Positions 50,428-62,855 of a stretch of 64,000 nt of DNA are shown here, one piece after another (position 1 is the first letter of the stretch; each line of letters begins with the position of its first letter). A program made the translations under genes and the position numbers. Where the stretch lies: the NCBI GenBank assembly GCA_038087875.1, contig CM075991.1:10976001-11040000 (forward strand), written 5' to 3'. Origin of the DNA: Malacoraja senta (lineage: Eukaryota). The notes below the pieces were generated by a model. It searched no databases. It was not told the DNA's origin and saw only the letters and a list, made by a program, of their open reading frames with translations.

Positions 50428-52994
50428 TATAGAAGAACCAGGATCATATAGAGCTATTGCTTTGTTAAATACGGATCAAAAAATAATAGCGAAAACACTA
50501 GCCAGTAGACTAAGCAGGTATGTTAGTAGACTAATAAATGAGGATCAAACAGGATTTATACCTAAGAGACATTCATTTAATAATTTGAGACGTTTGCTTA
50601 ACATAATGCACTCACATAAATCTCAGGACCAAGAGTTATCTATCATCTCATTGGACGCAGAAAAAGCGTTTGATCAAGTAGAATGGGACTATATGATTAA
50701 AGTATTGCAAAAATTCCAATTGGGAGAGAACTTCATTGCATGGATAAAACTATTATATAACAAACCTACGGCTAGAATACTAACTAATAATATATTATCC
50801 TCGAAATTTGAACTATCAATGGGGCAATAGACAAGGATGTTCATTATCACCGCTGTTATTTGCTTTAGTAATTGAACTCCTTGCTGAAAAAATAAGAACA
50901 CACATGGATATTTACGGTTATAATACAAAATATTCAAATAACAAAATATCCCTATATGCCGATGATTGTACATCACAAAACCACAAATTAGTATACCAAA
51001 TATATTAAATTTAATTGAGGACTTTGGATCCTTCTCAGGATATAGAATAAACTGGAACAAAAGTGAAATTATGTCGATAAAACCAAAAGACTCAACACAC
51101 CTCAGGAAATTCCCCTTTAAAATAGCTACAGAAAAATTCAAATATTTGGGAATTGAAATTACTAGAAATTACCAGGATATGTTTAAAGCCAATTATAATC
51201 CCTTACTTAAGAAATTAAATAATATGATTAAATTCTGGAAAACATTTCCGATGTCCTTAATAGGCAGAATAAATGCTATAAAAATGATTTTCTTACCACA
51301 AATCCTATACCTATTTCAATCAATACCTATATATCTCCCAAAAAAGTTTTTCAAAAAATTGGACTCAGACATTACAAATTTTATATGGGATTATAAATCC
51401 CATAGAATACAAAGAGCACACCTTAATAAACAAAAAGAGTTGGGGGGTCTCGCGCTCCCTAACTTTATGTATTATAAATGGGCAGTAAATATTAAAAATA
51501 TGATTCACCTGCTGGACAATTCTGCCCAGCAGGTGGACTGGATTATAATGGAAAAAGGGGACTGTTCCCCGAGTAATATAGGAGCGATTATTCTCTCTCC
51601 AATCAATTTGAATAATAAAAATTATAATAAAAACCCAATTATAAATAGCACAATTAGAATATGGAAACAAATAAAACAGAATCTAAAATTAAGAAACCTA
51701 TCTCTCTCAATACCAATAGTTAATAACCCATCGTTTAAACCTTCAACCATAGACAAACATTTATACAATGGGAAAGAATGGGAATCAAAATGCTCGAAGA
51801 TCTGTATGAATTGGGAAAATTACTATCATTTCAACAACTACAACTGAAATATAATTTGAAAAATAATCAATATTTTAAATATCTACAAATTCGTGATTAC
51901 CTGAAAAAATACACAAAAGACTATCATAATATGCCTTCCGACTTACTAGATGAAGCAATGAAGACAAAGGCGGAATCAGCTAATCTAATATCGTACTTAT
52001 ATAATATCATTTTAAACATAGAAATACCCACAACAGATGGAATTAGAAGAGACTGGGAAGAAGAATTAGCTATAAAAATTTCAAAAGAGAGCTGGGATAA
52101 CCATTTACTACAGGTGCATAAATGTTCGATCAACATACAACATACGCTCATCCAATTCAAAACATTACATAGACTATATTATTCAAAAACTAAATTAAAT
52201 AAAATCTTTCCTAATGTTTCACCAATCTGTGATAAATGTCTATGTCAAGAAGCTACCATAGCGCATTCTTTTGTTTTTTGTACAAAAATCCAAAAATTCT
52301 GGTATGAAATATTTGATATTTTCTCAAAATTAATTAAAATAAAACTGGTACCAAAACCAGAATGGATCATTTTTGGAATATCGGAAGGTATCCCTGAATT
52401 AAACGTGTATCAGAAGAACTTATTCAATTACGGGCTAATAATGGGAAAAAAGCTCATACTTAAATTCTGGAAAAATGCACCCACACCAACAATAAAAATG
52501 TGGACATCAAATATGTTGGAAACATTACATCTGGAAGAGATGAGATTCCTCTTAGCAGGTAAAGCAGACCAATTCCAAAAGACGTGGTCTACGTTTCTGG
52601 ACCTATTACAAGCATGAGGTGCAATAGTAATTTAAAAAATAAATAAATAAAGAAATGGTATCAGGACCTGGTAATGGGAGGTAAAACAATAAAAACAGAC
52701 TTGGTTGGTGGTTCCCTTTCTGCGATTGTTCCTACTTTCTTTTTCTTTCTTTTCTAGGATCTACTTTCTTACTTTACTTCCTTCTCTAACTTCTTTTCTA
52801 AGGGGCTTTCTTTTCACAACACTCTCTTGCACCTCACGACTCTTGCGCACTTTCTTTACTTTTCTTACTTCTATCTTTCTCTTAAAGCTCAAAAAAATTA
52901 AGCGGTATAAAAAATGTATTAAGATATAAGTGTTGTGTATTTCTGTAATTTCCCGTACTTCTAATAAAAATAATTTAAAAAAATTTAAAAAAAA
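50428..52994 (+). mobile_element. 5'-truncated L1 LINE (RT to 3' end), frameshifted; different subfamily from the 42-48 kb copy
   Basis: ORF pieces 50462-52617 are homologous to L1 ORF2; poly-A tail; 14-bp TSD AGCTCTGTATAGAT at 50414-50427 and 52995-53008. Confidence 0.95.
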
Positions 52995-53495
52995 AGCTCT
53001 GTATAGATGATTCCTGAAAGATAGACACAACATTTTGGAATAACTCAGCGGGTCAGGCAGCATCTCTGGAGAAAAGGAAATTGTGACGTTTCGGAACGAG
53101 ACCCTTCAGACCCCGATGAAGGGTCTCGATCCGAAACGTCACCTGCCCCGCTGAGTTACTCCAGCACGTTGTGTCTATCTTCGGTGTAAACCGGCATCTG
53201 CAGTCCCTTCCTACAGATGATTACTGGAAGGATCGGTCCACAAATCAGAGTTAAACTCCCTGGGGCCTCCTGACGAGGCAATCTTGCGGGGATTTAGTTG
53301 GAGAATTCGTGCTTCTGAAGAAAATGCAAAACAATTTAAAAATAGCCCGTAAACCAAGGTTCATTGAATCTGGTTATGGAATTGGGTAATAAACCACGTA
53401 TACTCCAATCCAGAGTCCCTACAGACCATTCATTTTCATATAAGAAAGGTCTGATGTAACCAAAGCGATACCTTTCAGAGCCGGATGGGCAGAGT

Positions 53496-53565
53496 ATGGT
53501 CTATCCAATCATCTATGAGTTTGAGCGTATCTACTACCCCGTTCTCGCAGCAGTTGGCATCACAG
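53496..53565 (+). CDS. GPR139/GPR142-like orphan GPCR paralog A, coding exon 1 (MVYPIIYEFERIYYPVLAAVGIT)
   Basis: 70-nt exon ending CACAG|GTAAGG, phase 1; joins in frame (G+TT=Val) to the exon at 54917. The intron lies inside TM1 as in GPR139-family genes. A homologous exon is at 62293. Confidence 0.85.
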
Positions 53566-54916
53566 GTAAGGAAATCGGGCCAGGAAATGGGCAAATATTT
53601 GGTGAATATTGTGTGTGTTACTGCCCTTGCACCTCAGCATGCGGGTATTCATCTTTTTGTGATGGAGATAGAAGGTGTACATTGAGCAGAGTTGAGTTGC
53701 GTTGAGTTCAGTTGAGTTGAGTTTAGTTTAGAAAGACACACAATCCTGGAATAACTCAGCGGGCCAGGTAGCATTTCTGGAGAAGAAAAACGACGGTTGA
53801 CGTTTCGGATTGGGACCCTTCTTCAGACTTAATGCGTATGAAGGAACTGCAGATGCTGGTTTACACCGAAGATGGATACAAAATGCTGGAGTCACTCAGC
53901 GGAACAGGCAACTTCTCTGGAGAGAAGGAATGGGCGACGTTTCGGGACGAGACCCTTCGTTTATTATAGTCTCGTGTACCAAGGGACAATGAAAAGTTTT
54001 TTTTTGTTCCGTGCTATCCAGTCATCGGAAAGACTAGACTGGATTACAATCAAGCCGTCCACAGTGTACAAATACGGGATAAAGGGAATAACGTTTAGTG
54101 CAAGAATAAGTCCAGTAAATTCCGCAGGTTTCCAATGAGATAGATCGTAGCTCTGGATGGTTCTCTAGTTGATAGGATGGTTCATTTGCCTGATAATAGC
54201 TGGGAAGAAACTAAACCCTGAATCTACAGGACACGTAAAATAGACACACAAAAAAGCTGGAGTAACTCATCGGGTCAGGCAGCATCTCTGAAGAAAAGGA
54301 ATAGTTGACGTTTCGGGTTGAGACATTTCTTCAGACTGCGAGTCAGGGGGAGAGGGAGACTAGAGGTATGAACAGGTACGGAATAAAGCAGAGCCGGCAT
54401 CTATGACCAAGTAAAATTGGAGCCCACAATGGTCCATTGTTGGCCGTAGAAGAAGTGTACATGAATGTGGAGTTATTCGTTTTCACACTTCTGAAGCTAA
54501 CAGAGCGTCTGATTTAAAACGTTTGATATACTTTCAAATGCCAGAGGATACAGCCGGCCGCTCATTCAGCCTCGAAGAGCACCCTTCCTCTCCTGACCCT
54601 GCCTCAGTCTTCCATATCCACCAAGAACAACCCAGCTTCTAATTGAGGTGTTCCATGCAACCACGGGAGATCAATCACCCCACCCCTGTTGCCAGTCAGT
54701 TTCCACCGTCCAAGGACCCGAACAACCCTTCCAGCTGAACAGAAACAAATCACATGCACTTCTTCAACGCTTGGGTCCTCTTTCCAATACCCACATGTAT
54801 TTGTAGAAAACTCCCTTTCATTTCACAAGGGTTTCTTGGAGATTCCGTTTCCCCGTGCACTGCGCTGGTCTATTTGCAAAGAAGTATTGACAATTTATTT
54901 TCCCTTTCTGTTGCAG

Positions 54917-55815
54917 TTAACTTGGTGGCGATCTTAATCCTGCGCCGGGGGAAATGCGGACTTTCCCAATGTATTACTCGCTATCTGGTTTCCATGGCGG
55001 TGGCCGATGTAATGGTGGTGATCATCGAAGTCATACTGAAACGGATTAACAACATATACTTGCCGATAAATATCTTGTTCATCACTCCAATCTGTGCCAT
55101 GAAACTAGTCACCAAGATTGCAGCCCTCGACTGTTCTGTCTGGTTCACCGTCGCTTTTACCTTTGATCGTTTTGTGGCCATTTCTTGTCCAAACCTCAGG
55201 CCAAGGTATTGTACCGAGAGGACTGCAAGTGTGGTCATAGCAACAGTGTGCACGCTGGCCTGTTTGAGGAGTATCCCTTTTTACTTTATGTATAAACCCA
55301 GATTTATCATTAACAACATCCCGTATTTCTGCCTTGAAACCGATGCCTACTATACTTCGCCTCTGTGGGCGGCTTACGAGTGGTTCGACAGTATCTTAAC
55401 CCCATTGGTACCAATCTTCCTCATCCTTCTATTCAACGCCCTTACCATCAAACATATCATAAAGTCCAATAAAATCCGTAGGGCGCTCATGAGTAACGTT
55501 GATGAAGGCAAGGATTCTGAGAGCGAGAACCGTAAGAAGTCCATGATTTTGCTTTTTACCCTGTCTGCCAATTTCATCCTCCTCTGGGTAACATACGTTG
55601 TACATTCCTTAAGCTGGCGCGTAAAAAACTATAACTACACAGACAGATATTACACCAACCAGATATACATCAACCAGCAAACAGGTTACATGTTGCAACT
55701 ACTGAGTTCCTGCACCAACACTTGTATCTATGGACTGACACAGAGGATGTTCAGACAGGAGCTGAAAAATGGGGTGAAATACCTGGTCACACTCAATGGG
55801 AAACTCTGTAAATAG
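54917..55815 (+). CDS. GPR139/GPR142-like orphan GPCR paralog A, coding exon 2 (spliced product 322 aa, intact 7TM)
   Basis: TTGCAG acceptor ends at 54916. Open frame NLVAILIL...YLVSMAVAD...SVWFTVAFTFDRFVAISCP...LIFLLFN-like TM5...NTCIYGLTQRMFRQEL to TAG at 55815; class A GPCR motifs of the GPR139-like type. Confidence 0.9.
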
Positions 55816-56114
55816 GAAGCTACGGACATAAAGTTGTAGGTTTACAATCTCTTGGGATCCATTGTGTATTATGGCACTTGTGGTACTTTGGCTTTAACCG
55901 GGATTGAGAAGGGATTAACTAAACTAACTAAATAAGATTGTATTATTTATAGGAGGAACAAGAATGGAATTTCTGGTCTCAGTTCCCACCCCAAAGTAAA
56001 ATAATACATTAACCTTAGTGGCCACATGTTTTGAAAAAAAAAGCAAATGAACAAATTAATCAAGCACGTGATAACGGGGATGGATTATAGAATGACATGC
56101 TTGAACACTGCCAA

Positions 56115-56423
56115 GGGCGGCCATGGTGGCGCAGCGGTAGAGTTGCTGCCTTCCGGCGAATGCAGCGCCGGAGACCCGTGTTCGATCCCGACTACGGGTG
56201 CTGTCTGTACGGGAGTTTGTACGTTCTCCTCGTGACCTGCGTGGGTTTTCTCCGAGATCTTCGGTTTCCTCCCACACTCCAAAGACGTACAGGTTTGTAG
56301 GTTAATTGGCTTGGTAAATATAAAAAAATGTCCCTAGTGGGTGTAGGGTTTTGTTAGTGTGCGGGGATCGATGGTCGATGCGGACCCGGTGGGCCGAAGG
56401 GTGCATCTCTAACCTAAACTAAA
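56115..56423 (+). mobile_element. V-SINE (HE1-like), full length
   Basis: Same organisation; ends with (CTAAA)n. Confidence 0.85.
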
Positions 56424-57045
56424 CATTATTTCCCCCCCTCATTGTTGGGGAATTTTACGAAGCTGACATTTGATTACGCAGCAGTGGAAAGGAAATAGTT
56501 ACTTGATGGAGTTGGTCCAGGTTCAATTCTAATCCTTTGTATGTTTGGATGAGGAATATAGAGTGTAGCACAGAGCACAAAAGAAAACAATGCTTAGAAC
56601 ACTTACAAAGGTACTCAGAACATAATACCCCAAGAAGAACAAACTGAAAATGAAAATTGGAAGAAATGTTTTCAGGTCAAGTATAGCATTGATATAGTAG
56701 ATACAAAAATCAGACATTGTTGGAAATACTCAGCAGGTCAAGAAGCTTCTGTTGCAAGAGTTTTGAAGGGGACGCTAGTTCAAAATAGATAGACAGGAGA
56801 CAAGGGTCTTGTTGAAGGTGACAGAAAGTGCAAAGGTTGAACTAGTGGGTGCAGCGGCTGGTGAGGTGGAAGGCGAGGGCCAGGGAACTAACTGTAGGAC
56901 CAGCTTGCTCTGTCCAGGAGGGGTGGCAGTGGAGGTGAAGTATGTTGCTGAGATACAGTCAACAGTCCGGTGGATTTATTTTCATTCACACATGCTGATC
57001 AACACTCTCAGTTCACCTCTCCCACTGATCAGACTCTGCTCCACA

Positions 57046-57395
57046 ATAGACAATAGGTGCAGCAGTAGGCCATTCGACCCTTCGAGCCTGCACCACCATT
57101 CAATGTGATCATGGCTGATCATCCCCAATCACTACCCCGTTCCTGCCTTCTATCCCCTGACTCCGCTATCTTTAAGAGCCCTATCTAGCTCTCACTTGAA
57201 AGCATCCTGAGAACCTGCCTCCACCGCCCTCCGAGGCAGAGAATTTCACAGACTCACCACTCTGTGTGAGAAAAGGTGTTTCCTCGTCTCCGTTCTAAAT
57301 GGCGTATCCCTTATTCTTAAACTGTGGCCCCTGGTTCTGGACTCCCCCAACATCGGGAACATGTTTCCTGCCTCTAGCGTGTCCAAACCCTTACA
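57046..57395 (-). mobile_element. CR1 3' fragment
   Basis: Reverse complement of the CR1 3'UTR seen at 10500-10760. Confidence 0.8.
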
Positions 57396-58029
57396 ATCCA
57401 CCTATTGAACTGGTTTAGTTCTCATTTGTTACTTAACTGTACATTCCTCGTAACTGCACACCTACTCTGCGGTTTTCATAGCTCCGGTTCTTCCATCCGC
57501 TGTTCACCCATTGCTTCTCTTGTCGACTCTCCCTGATCCCCTCGAAAAACCGCTCACCGTCCAGGGGTGCGCCTCCCAGAACTGTCGCGGTGCTTCCGGT
57601 ACAAGGCGCTCAAACTGGGCAAATGGAAGGCATCTTCCGCAGATGTAGTCATCCAGTACGCTCATCCTGCCAAACATGGCAATGAGCTGAGAAAGTCCCC
57701 CCTTTGAAATTATCCCATCAGTCCCCACACTTCATATCTGTCAAGAAAAAAATAAGTAAAACTGACCATTAAGTGCCGGATTCGCAGCCATGCCAGACAA
57801 ACTGCCCAAACAAAGTCCGGGTTGAGAAGATTATAAGAACCTCCTCATCAAAGCCCCCTTCCCCTAACCAAAGCCCACCGTCTGAACATCCACCATGCAA
57901 ATCCCCAGTGTGGTTTCAAATAAAAACAGAAAATCATGGACGCACTCAATAGGCGAAAAGAGAAATAGTTGATGTTTCACGTGGAAGACCTTTCATCGCA
58001 ACTCACAATAGTCGATTTGTCTCTGTTGT

Positions 58030-58910
58030 GGAACATAGAACAGTATGTCGCGTGAACGGGTGCTTCGGCCCACACTGTTTGTGCCGAGCATGAAGCAAAG
58101 TTAAACTGATCTCATGTGCCTGTGTACATGATCCATATCCCTCTATTCCCTATACTTCCATGTGCCGGTCCAAAGGTCTCTTAAGCGCCACTATCGTATC
58201 TGCCTCCACCACCACCCCTGCAAAGCCCTCAATACTCCGTGTAAAGAAACGTACCCTGCACATCTCAATTAAACTTCCCCCCTCGCGTCTTAAAGCTATG
58301 CCCTCTAATATGGAACCCTTCCACACTGGGGGGGAAGTTCTGACTGTCTACCTTATCAATGCCGTTCATAATTTAACATATTTCAATTGTGTCCCCTCAA
58401 TTCCAACTTTCCAAAGAACATAATCCATTTATGCACTCTCTTCCTGTAGCCGAACCCCTCTAATCCAGGCAGCATTCTGGGAAACCTCTTCCTCATCCTC
58501 TCCAAATAATCCACATAATTACTGCATACAATACTACAAATGTGGCCGAACCCAAGTCCCTTGGAGCTGTACCGCGACTTCCTGACTCGTGTATTCAATT
58601 CACCAAGCAATGAAGGCAAGCATACCATATGTATTCTCTAGCACCCTATCTACTTGTGCTATCAGTGAGCTATGAACGTGGACTCCGAGATCCCTCTGCA
58701 CATCAATGCTGTTACGGGTCTTGCTATTAACGGTATACTTTTCCTTTACGCTCAAGAGTAACACCGCACACTACCTCGGGTTTAGCTCCATCTGCCATTT
58801 CTCCCTCCATTTCTGCAGCTGGTCTATATTCCGCTGTATCTTCTGACAGCCCTCCTCACTACAACTCCTCCACTTTTGATGTCCTCAGCAAACCTACTCA
58901 CCAACATATT
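58030..58910 (-). mobile_element. Old CR1 fragment
   Basis: Degenerate LERMRKRFPRMLPGLEG on the minus strand plus a CR1-type 3' end. Confidence 0.7.
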
Positions 58911-59424
58911 ATAACGCACACTCATCCGGTAGACTAACCTTCATTCGCCTTTCAAATGAAAAAAAAAAAGTATTCTAACTGCAAAAGGAGGTCCCGATTC
59001 AAAATAGATGCATTCCCAGTTCTTCGAGTCTAGAAGTCCCCACTCAAGTCCCCACTCAAGTCTGGAAGTCAAGACTATAGTCTGGAAGAATCTTCTCACT
59101 CACTAGAGTATGCACTGGATGGGCAGCTGCACAGACTTCCATGTACCGGGACTCGGGCTCCATGGTCTGATTACCCAGCGGTGGACAGACTCTCGTACCC
59201 CTTTCATACTCAGAGAACTGTTTGCACTAACGGATGTTTTGCTCACCAATGTTCAATTTCCAGTCACCCAGATAGTTGGCCGCGCTCTCTCCACTTCCCT
59301 GGAATGGACCCGACTCGTTGTGCACTCACCTTTGAAACTCGCTAAAACTCTTTCCCCCACTTGCTGCTAAACTAAAACTCTCCCGGGTTCCTTTCGGTCG
59401 CCAAGACTCTGTTTCCCAATTCCT

Positions 59425-59564
59425 GCTTCTTCTTCTTTCGTGTGGCGTGCACAGCCTAAAGTTGTTGGACAACTTGTTTTATTTGATCTTCCGTTTGTGC
59501 ACGTCGAGTTGATTGCATTAGTCGAAACAGGGCGGACCACGTGAAGGTTGCAATCTTCCACCCC
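59425..59564 (-). mobile_element. ~140-bp non-autonomous retroelement (ribozyme head, hairpin body, (GAA)n tail)
   Basis: Flanked by an imperfect TSD TCCCA(A/T)TTCCT at 59414-59424 and 59565-59575; homologous end to end with 36962-37104. Confidence 0.8.
59511..59564 (-). ncRNA. HDV/CPEB3-like self-cleaving ribozyme (minimal, P4-reduced) at the 5' end of a short retroelement
   Basis: Minus strand reads GGGGTGG(P1) AA GATTGCA(P2) ACC(P3) TTCACGT(L3) GGT(P3') CCGCCCT(P1', G1.U wobble) GTTTCGA CTAA(J4/2, catalytic C) TGCAATC(P2'); all helices pair. Confidence 0.8.
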
Positions 59565-61050
59565 TCCCATTTCCTATTAACTCGCCAGTGTCCTGGCTCT
59601 TTCATTTCGTTTCACACTTACAGGAACTGTTTCGCCACATTTCTTAAATTGCCATGTGGGAATAGAACATTTATAGAAAATAGAACAGTACAGCACAGGA
59701 AAAACCCTTTCGGCCCACAATGTCCTTGACAATCATGACACCAGATTAAACTAATCCTCTCTGCCTGCACATGATCCATATTGCCCCTATTCCTTGAATA
59801 TCCATGTGCGTATCTCTTAAACGCCACTATTGCATTGACCTTCACTCCCACCCCTGGTAGTGCATTCCGGGCACCAACCACCCCTACCCCCTACCCCACA
59901 CCGCAACTGGGCTGTTTCCATGCTGTATGACTCCATAAGTCCTGGTGCCAAAGGGTATAGAACTGACCAGGGCATGTTGGAATCAAAGAAAATCATAGTC
60001 ATAGTCACACAGGGTGGAAACACGCCCTTCGGCACAACTTGCCCACACTGGCCAACATGTCCCACCTTCCCGCGTTTGGCCCAAATCCCTCCAAACCTGT
60101 CCTTTCCATGTATCTGTCTAACTGTTAAAGTTGGCAAACTAAATGTCGGCAGGTAAAACAGTAGTGGAAGAGTAATTAAAGTGGAGATGTATAAGGGACA
60201 ATACACCTTCATTCTCTTGAAGGAGAAGGTTGGGGAAGTTAAATTCCATACTCCCCGAAAAATCAGAGAGTGAAATCAAGCTGATAAAGAGTGTACAGCA
60301 GGTTGTGAACTCAGGTAGAATCCAACTGATTAAAGGGAAATTGAGAATGGCAGAGAGGGAGCGTGCGAATGGGACAACAGCAAACTGAAATGGAAAGAAT
60401 AAGTATTCTATCGGCACATTGTATAAAATTTGGAAAATGAGCAAGGGAAGAGGTAGGATTGATTGGAAACCATAAGGAAATTTGCGTGTGGGGTAAAGAT
60501 CCTAACTGAGTATTTTACCATGTCAAAGAAAACAATACATCTGGGCAGACAGCAAACATGTGATTAAGACTTGTCAACTAATAATGACACCAGGTCACTG
60601 TTAATCTCCTTGTTCAGATGGCATGCACACTAAATAAAGAAGGAACATGCATAAGCCCAGGTCATCATCCTCCAAACACACGTATATTCAAGGACAGTGC
60701 CTGAGGATAGGAATATTTCTTATGTTACCTCTTGATTCAACAGAGGGCGTAGAGGTAAACCCAGTAACTAAAGGCTGATCAGTTGAACTTCAATGATGGT
60801 TGAATGCTTAAAGCAATTGTTATGAACCGAATGAGCAGTCACTTGGACAAATGTGGATTGATGAGAGAAAGCCAGCGTGGATTTGTTAAATGCAAGTCAT
60901 GTCCAGCGAACTTGGTAAAGATACATTCCTGGCAATAACAAGAGATAATCAAGGAGGGAATGCAATTGATATGTATTTTGGAAAGGCATTTCAACAAGAA
61001 AGGCTTATCAACGAGACTGATGATATAGAAAGCGATTAGCAACTAGATAA

Positions 61051-61736
61051 AGTGTTAATGGTCAATTCTTTGTCAATTCTTCCCTTCCCTCCCATACCAC
61101 CCCCTCCCCTGGTACTTTCCCTTGCAACCGCAAGAGATGCAACACTTGTCCCTTCACTTCCCCCCTCCACTCCATTCAAGGACCCAAGCAGTCGTTCCAG
61201 GTGCGACAGAGGTTCACCTGCATCTCCTCCAACCTCATCTATTGCATTCGCTGCTCTAGATGCCAGCTGATCTACATCGGTGAGACCAAGCGGAGGCTTG
61301 GCGATCGTTTCGCCGAACACCTCCGGTCGGTCCGCAATAACCAACCTGAACTCCCGGTGGCTCAGCACTTCAACTCCCCCTCCCATTCCGTATCTGACCT
61401 CTCTGTCCTGGGTCTCCTCCATGGCCACAGCGAGCAACACCGTAAATTGGAGGAAATGCACCTCATATTCCGCTTGGGCAGTCTACATCCTGGTGGCCTG
61501 AACGTTGAATTCTCCCAATTCTGCTAGCCCTGGCTGTCCCCTCCCCTTCATCAGCCATCTGGTTGTCTCCTCCCCTCCCCCAGCCCTCGGGCTCCTCCTC
61601 CGCCTTTTCCTTTTTTCCTTTCTTCTCCCCACCCCCTATCAGTCTGAAGAAGGGTTTCGGCCCGAAACGTTACCTATTTCCTTCGCTCCATAGATGCTGC
61701 TGCACCCGCTGAGTTTCTCCAGCATTTTTGTGTACC
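61051..61736 (+). mobile_element. Penelope-like element 3' end: GIY-YIG endonuclease frame (61201-61527) followed by a hammerhead-bearing terminus
   Basis: FTCISSNLIYCIRCSRCQLIYIGETKRRLGDRFAEH...VAQHFN...LHPGGLN is the PLE GIY-YIG domain. 14-bp direct repeat TAGCAACTAGATAA at 61037-61050 and 61737-61750. Inserted in an old CR1. Confidence 0.92.
61644..61671 (+). ncRNA. Minimal hammerhead ribozyme motif in the Penelope terminus
   Basis: CTGAAGA-A-GGGT(TTCG)GCCC-GAAA-CGT-T: conserved CUGANGA/GAAA core, helix II hairpin, palindromic ACGT in place of helix III. Confidence 0.65.
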
Positions 61737-62292
61737 TAGCAACTAGATAACATTGGCAAAGTAACTGGAAATCGAGAGTAATGGTGGAATGTAGTTGTTT
61801 TTTTTTGATTGGCGGGAAATGGACAGTCGAGTTCCCCATGAATCGCTCCCGGGGCAACTGCTTTTCCCAATAACATTTAGATATGGATGTGCAGGGCAGA
61901 ATTTCCCAATTACAATTGTCCCAATGATATGCAAATTAGGGGGAAAATTAGGTCGGTTGTAGGGAAAAGAGACAACAGACAACAGACTCAAGAAGATAAA
62001 AATCAAGCCTTGAGTATGAGCGGATGAAATGGAAGGTCTTAACATGCACTGTTAATGAAGGTGTTTTGAAGAAAACAATTGTTTTCTGAGAAAAATGCAA
62101 ATTATTTTAAAAATAGCCTGCGAATCTGGCTTTGGTTGATTAAGTCTGGTTGTTTAATTAAACGTAAGGGCAAGAGTGTGCTCGACCTGGGTGTCCCAAC
62201 AGACCATTCCATTCCGTATAAGAAAGGTCTCAGGTAAGCACATTGACGCCATTCAGACAGAGCCTGATGGGCAGCTCTCCTTGATGCACCAC

Positions 62293-62362
62293 ATGGGCTA
62301 TCCGGTCATCTTTGTGTTTGAGCGCATCTATTACCCTATTCTTGCAACAGTCGGCATCACTG
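62293..62362 (+). CDS. GPR139-like GPCR paralog B, coding exon 1 (MGYPVIFVFERIYYPILATVGIT; alternative in-frame ATG at 62284)
   Basis: 70-nt homolog of 53496-53565 (13 differences); donor CACTG|GTAAGG, phase 1. Confidence 0.85.
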
Positions 62363-62690
62363 GTAAGGATATGGAACCTTTTTTGTACATTTTTGTGATC
62401 GATTTATAAATGTTTGCCTTTCTTCTCTTTCACTGCAAAATCCAAACGTGTTTTTGATTGCTACCCACTCCCCTTCTTAACACGCTTACCTCGGGCACGG
62501 GAGATGCAACCTCTGCCCTTTCGCCTCTTTTCTTCCAACCAGGGTCACACACAGTTTTTTTCCAAATGAAGCAGCAATTCACTTAAGATAGACACAAAAT
62601 ACTGGAGTAATGAAGCGGAACCGGCAGCATCTCTGGATACAAGGAATGGGTGACGCTTCGGGTCGAGACCCATCTTCAGACTGAATAAGA

Positions 62691-62855
62691 TCATCCTCCT
62701 GTGGGCAATATATGCTGTACTTCCTTAAAATGGCGAATGACAAACTACAATTTCACAGACAAGTATTACACCAACCCGATAAACATCGACCAGCAAACAG
62801 TGTTCATGTTGCATCTACACAAACACTTGTATCTATGGACTGACACAGAGGAAGT
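62691..62855 (+). pseudogene. Captured, degenerate fragment of a GPR139-like exon 2 (TM6-ECL3-TM7)
   Basis: Aligns by eye to 55574-55747 (TCATCCTCCT...TATTACACCAACC...ACACTTGTATCTATGGACTGACACAGAGGA) with a 1-nt and an ~11-nt deletion. Confidence 0.85.

Noticed and set aside
54754..54916. N-terminal 54 aa of the 353-aa GPCR ORF (single-exon model)
   Set aside because: Intronic read-through: there is a strong acceptor at 54916, a phase-compatible exon 1 at 53496, and paralog B is not conserved over this stretch.
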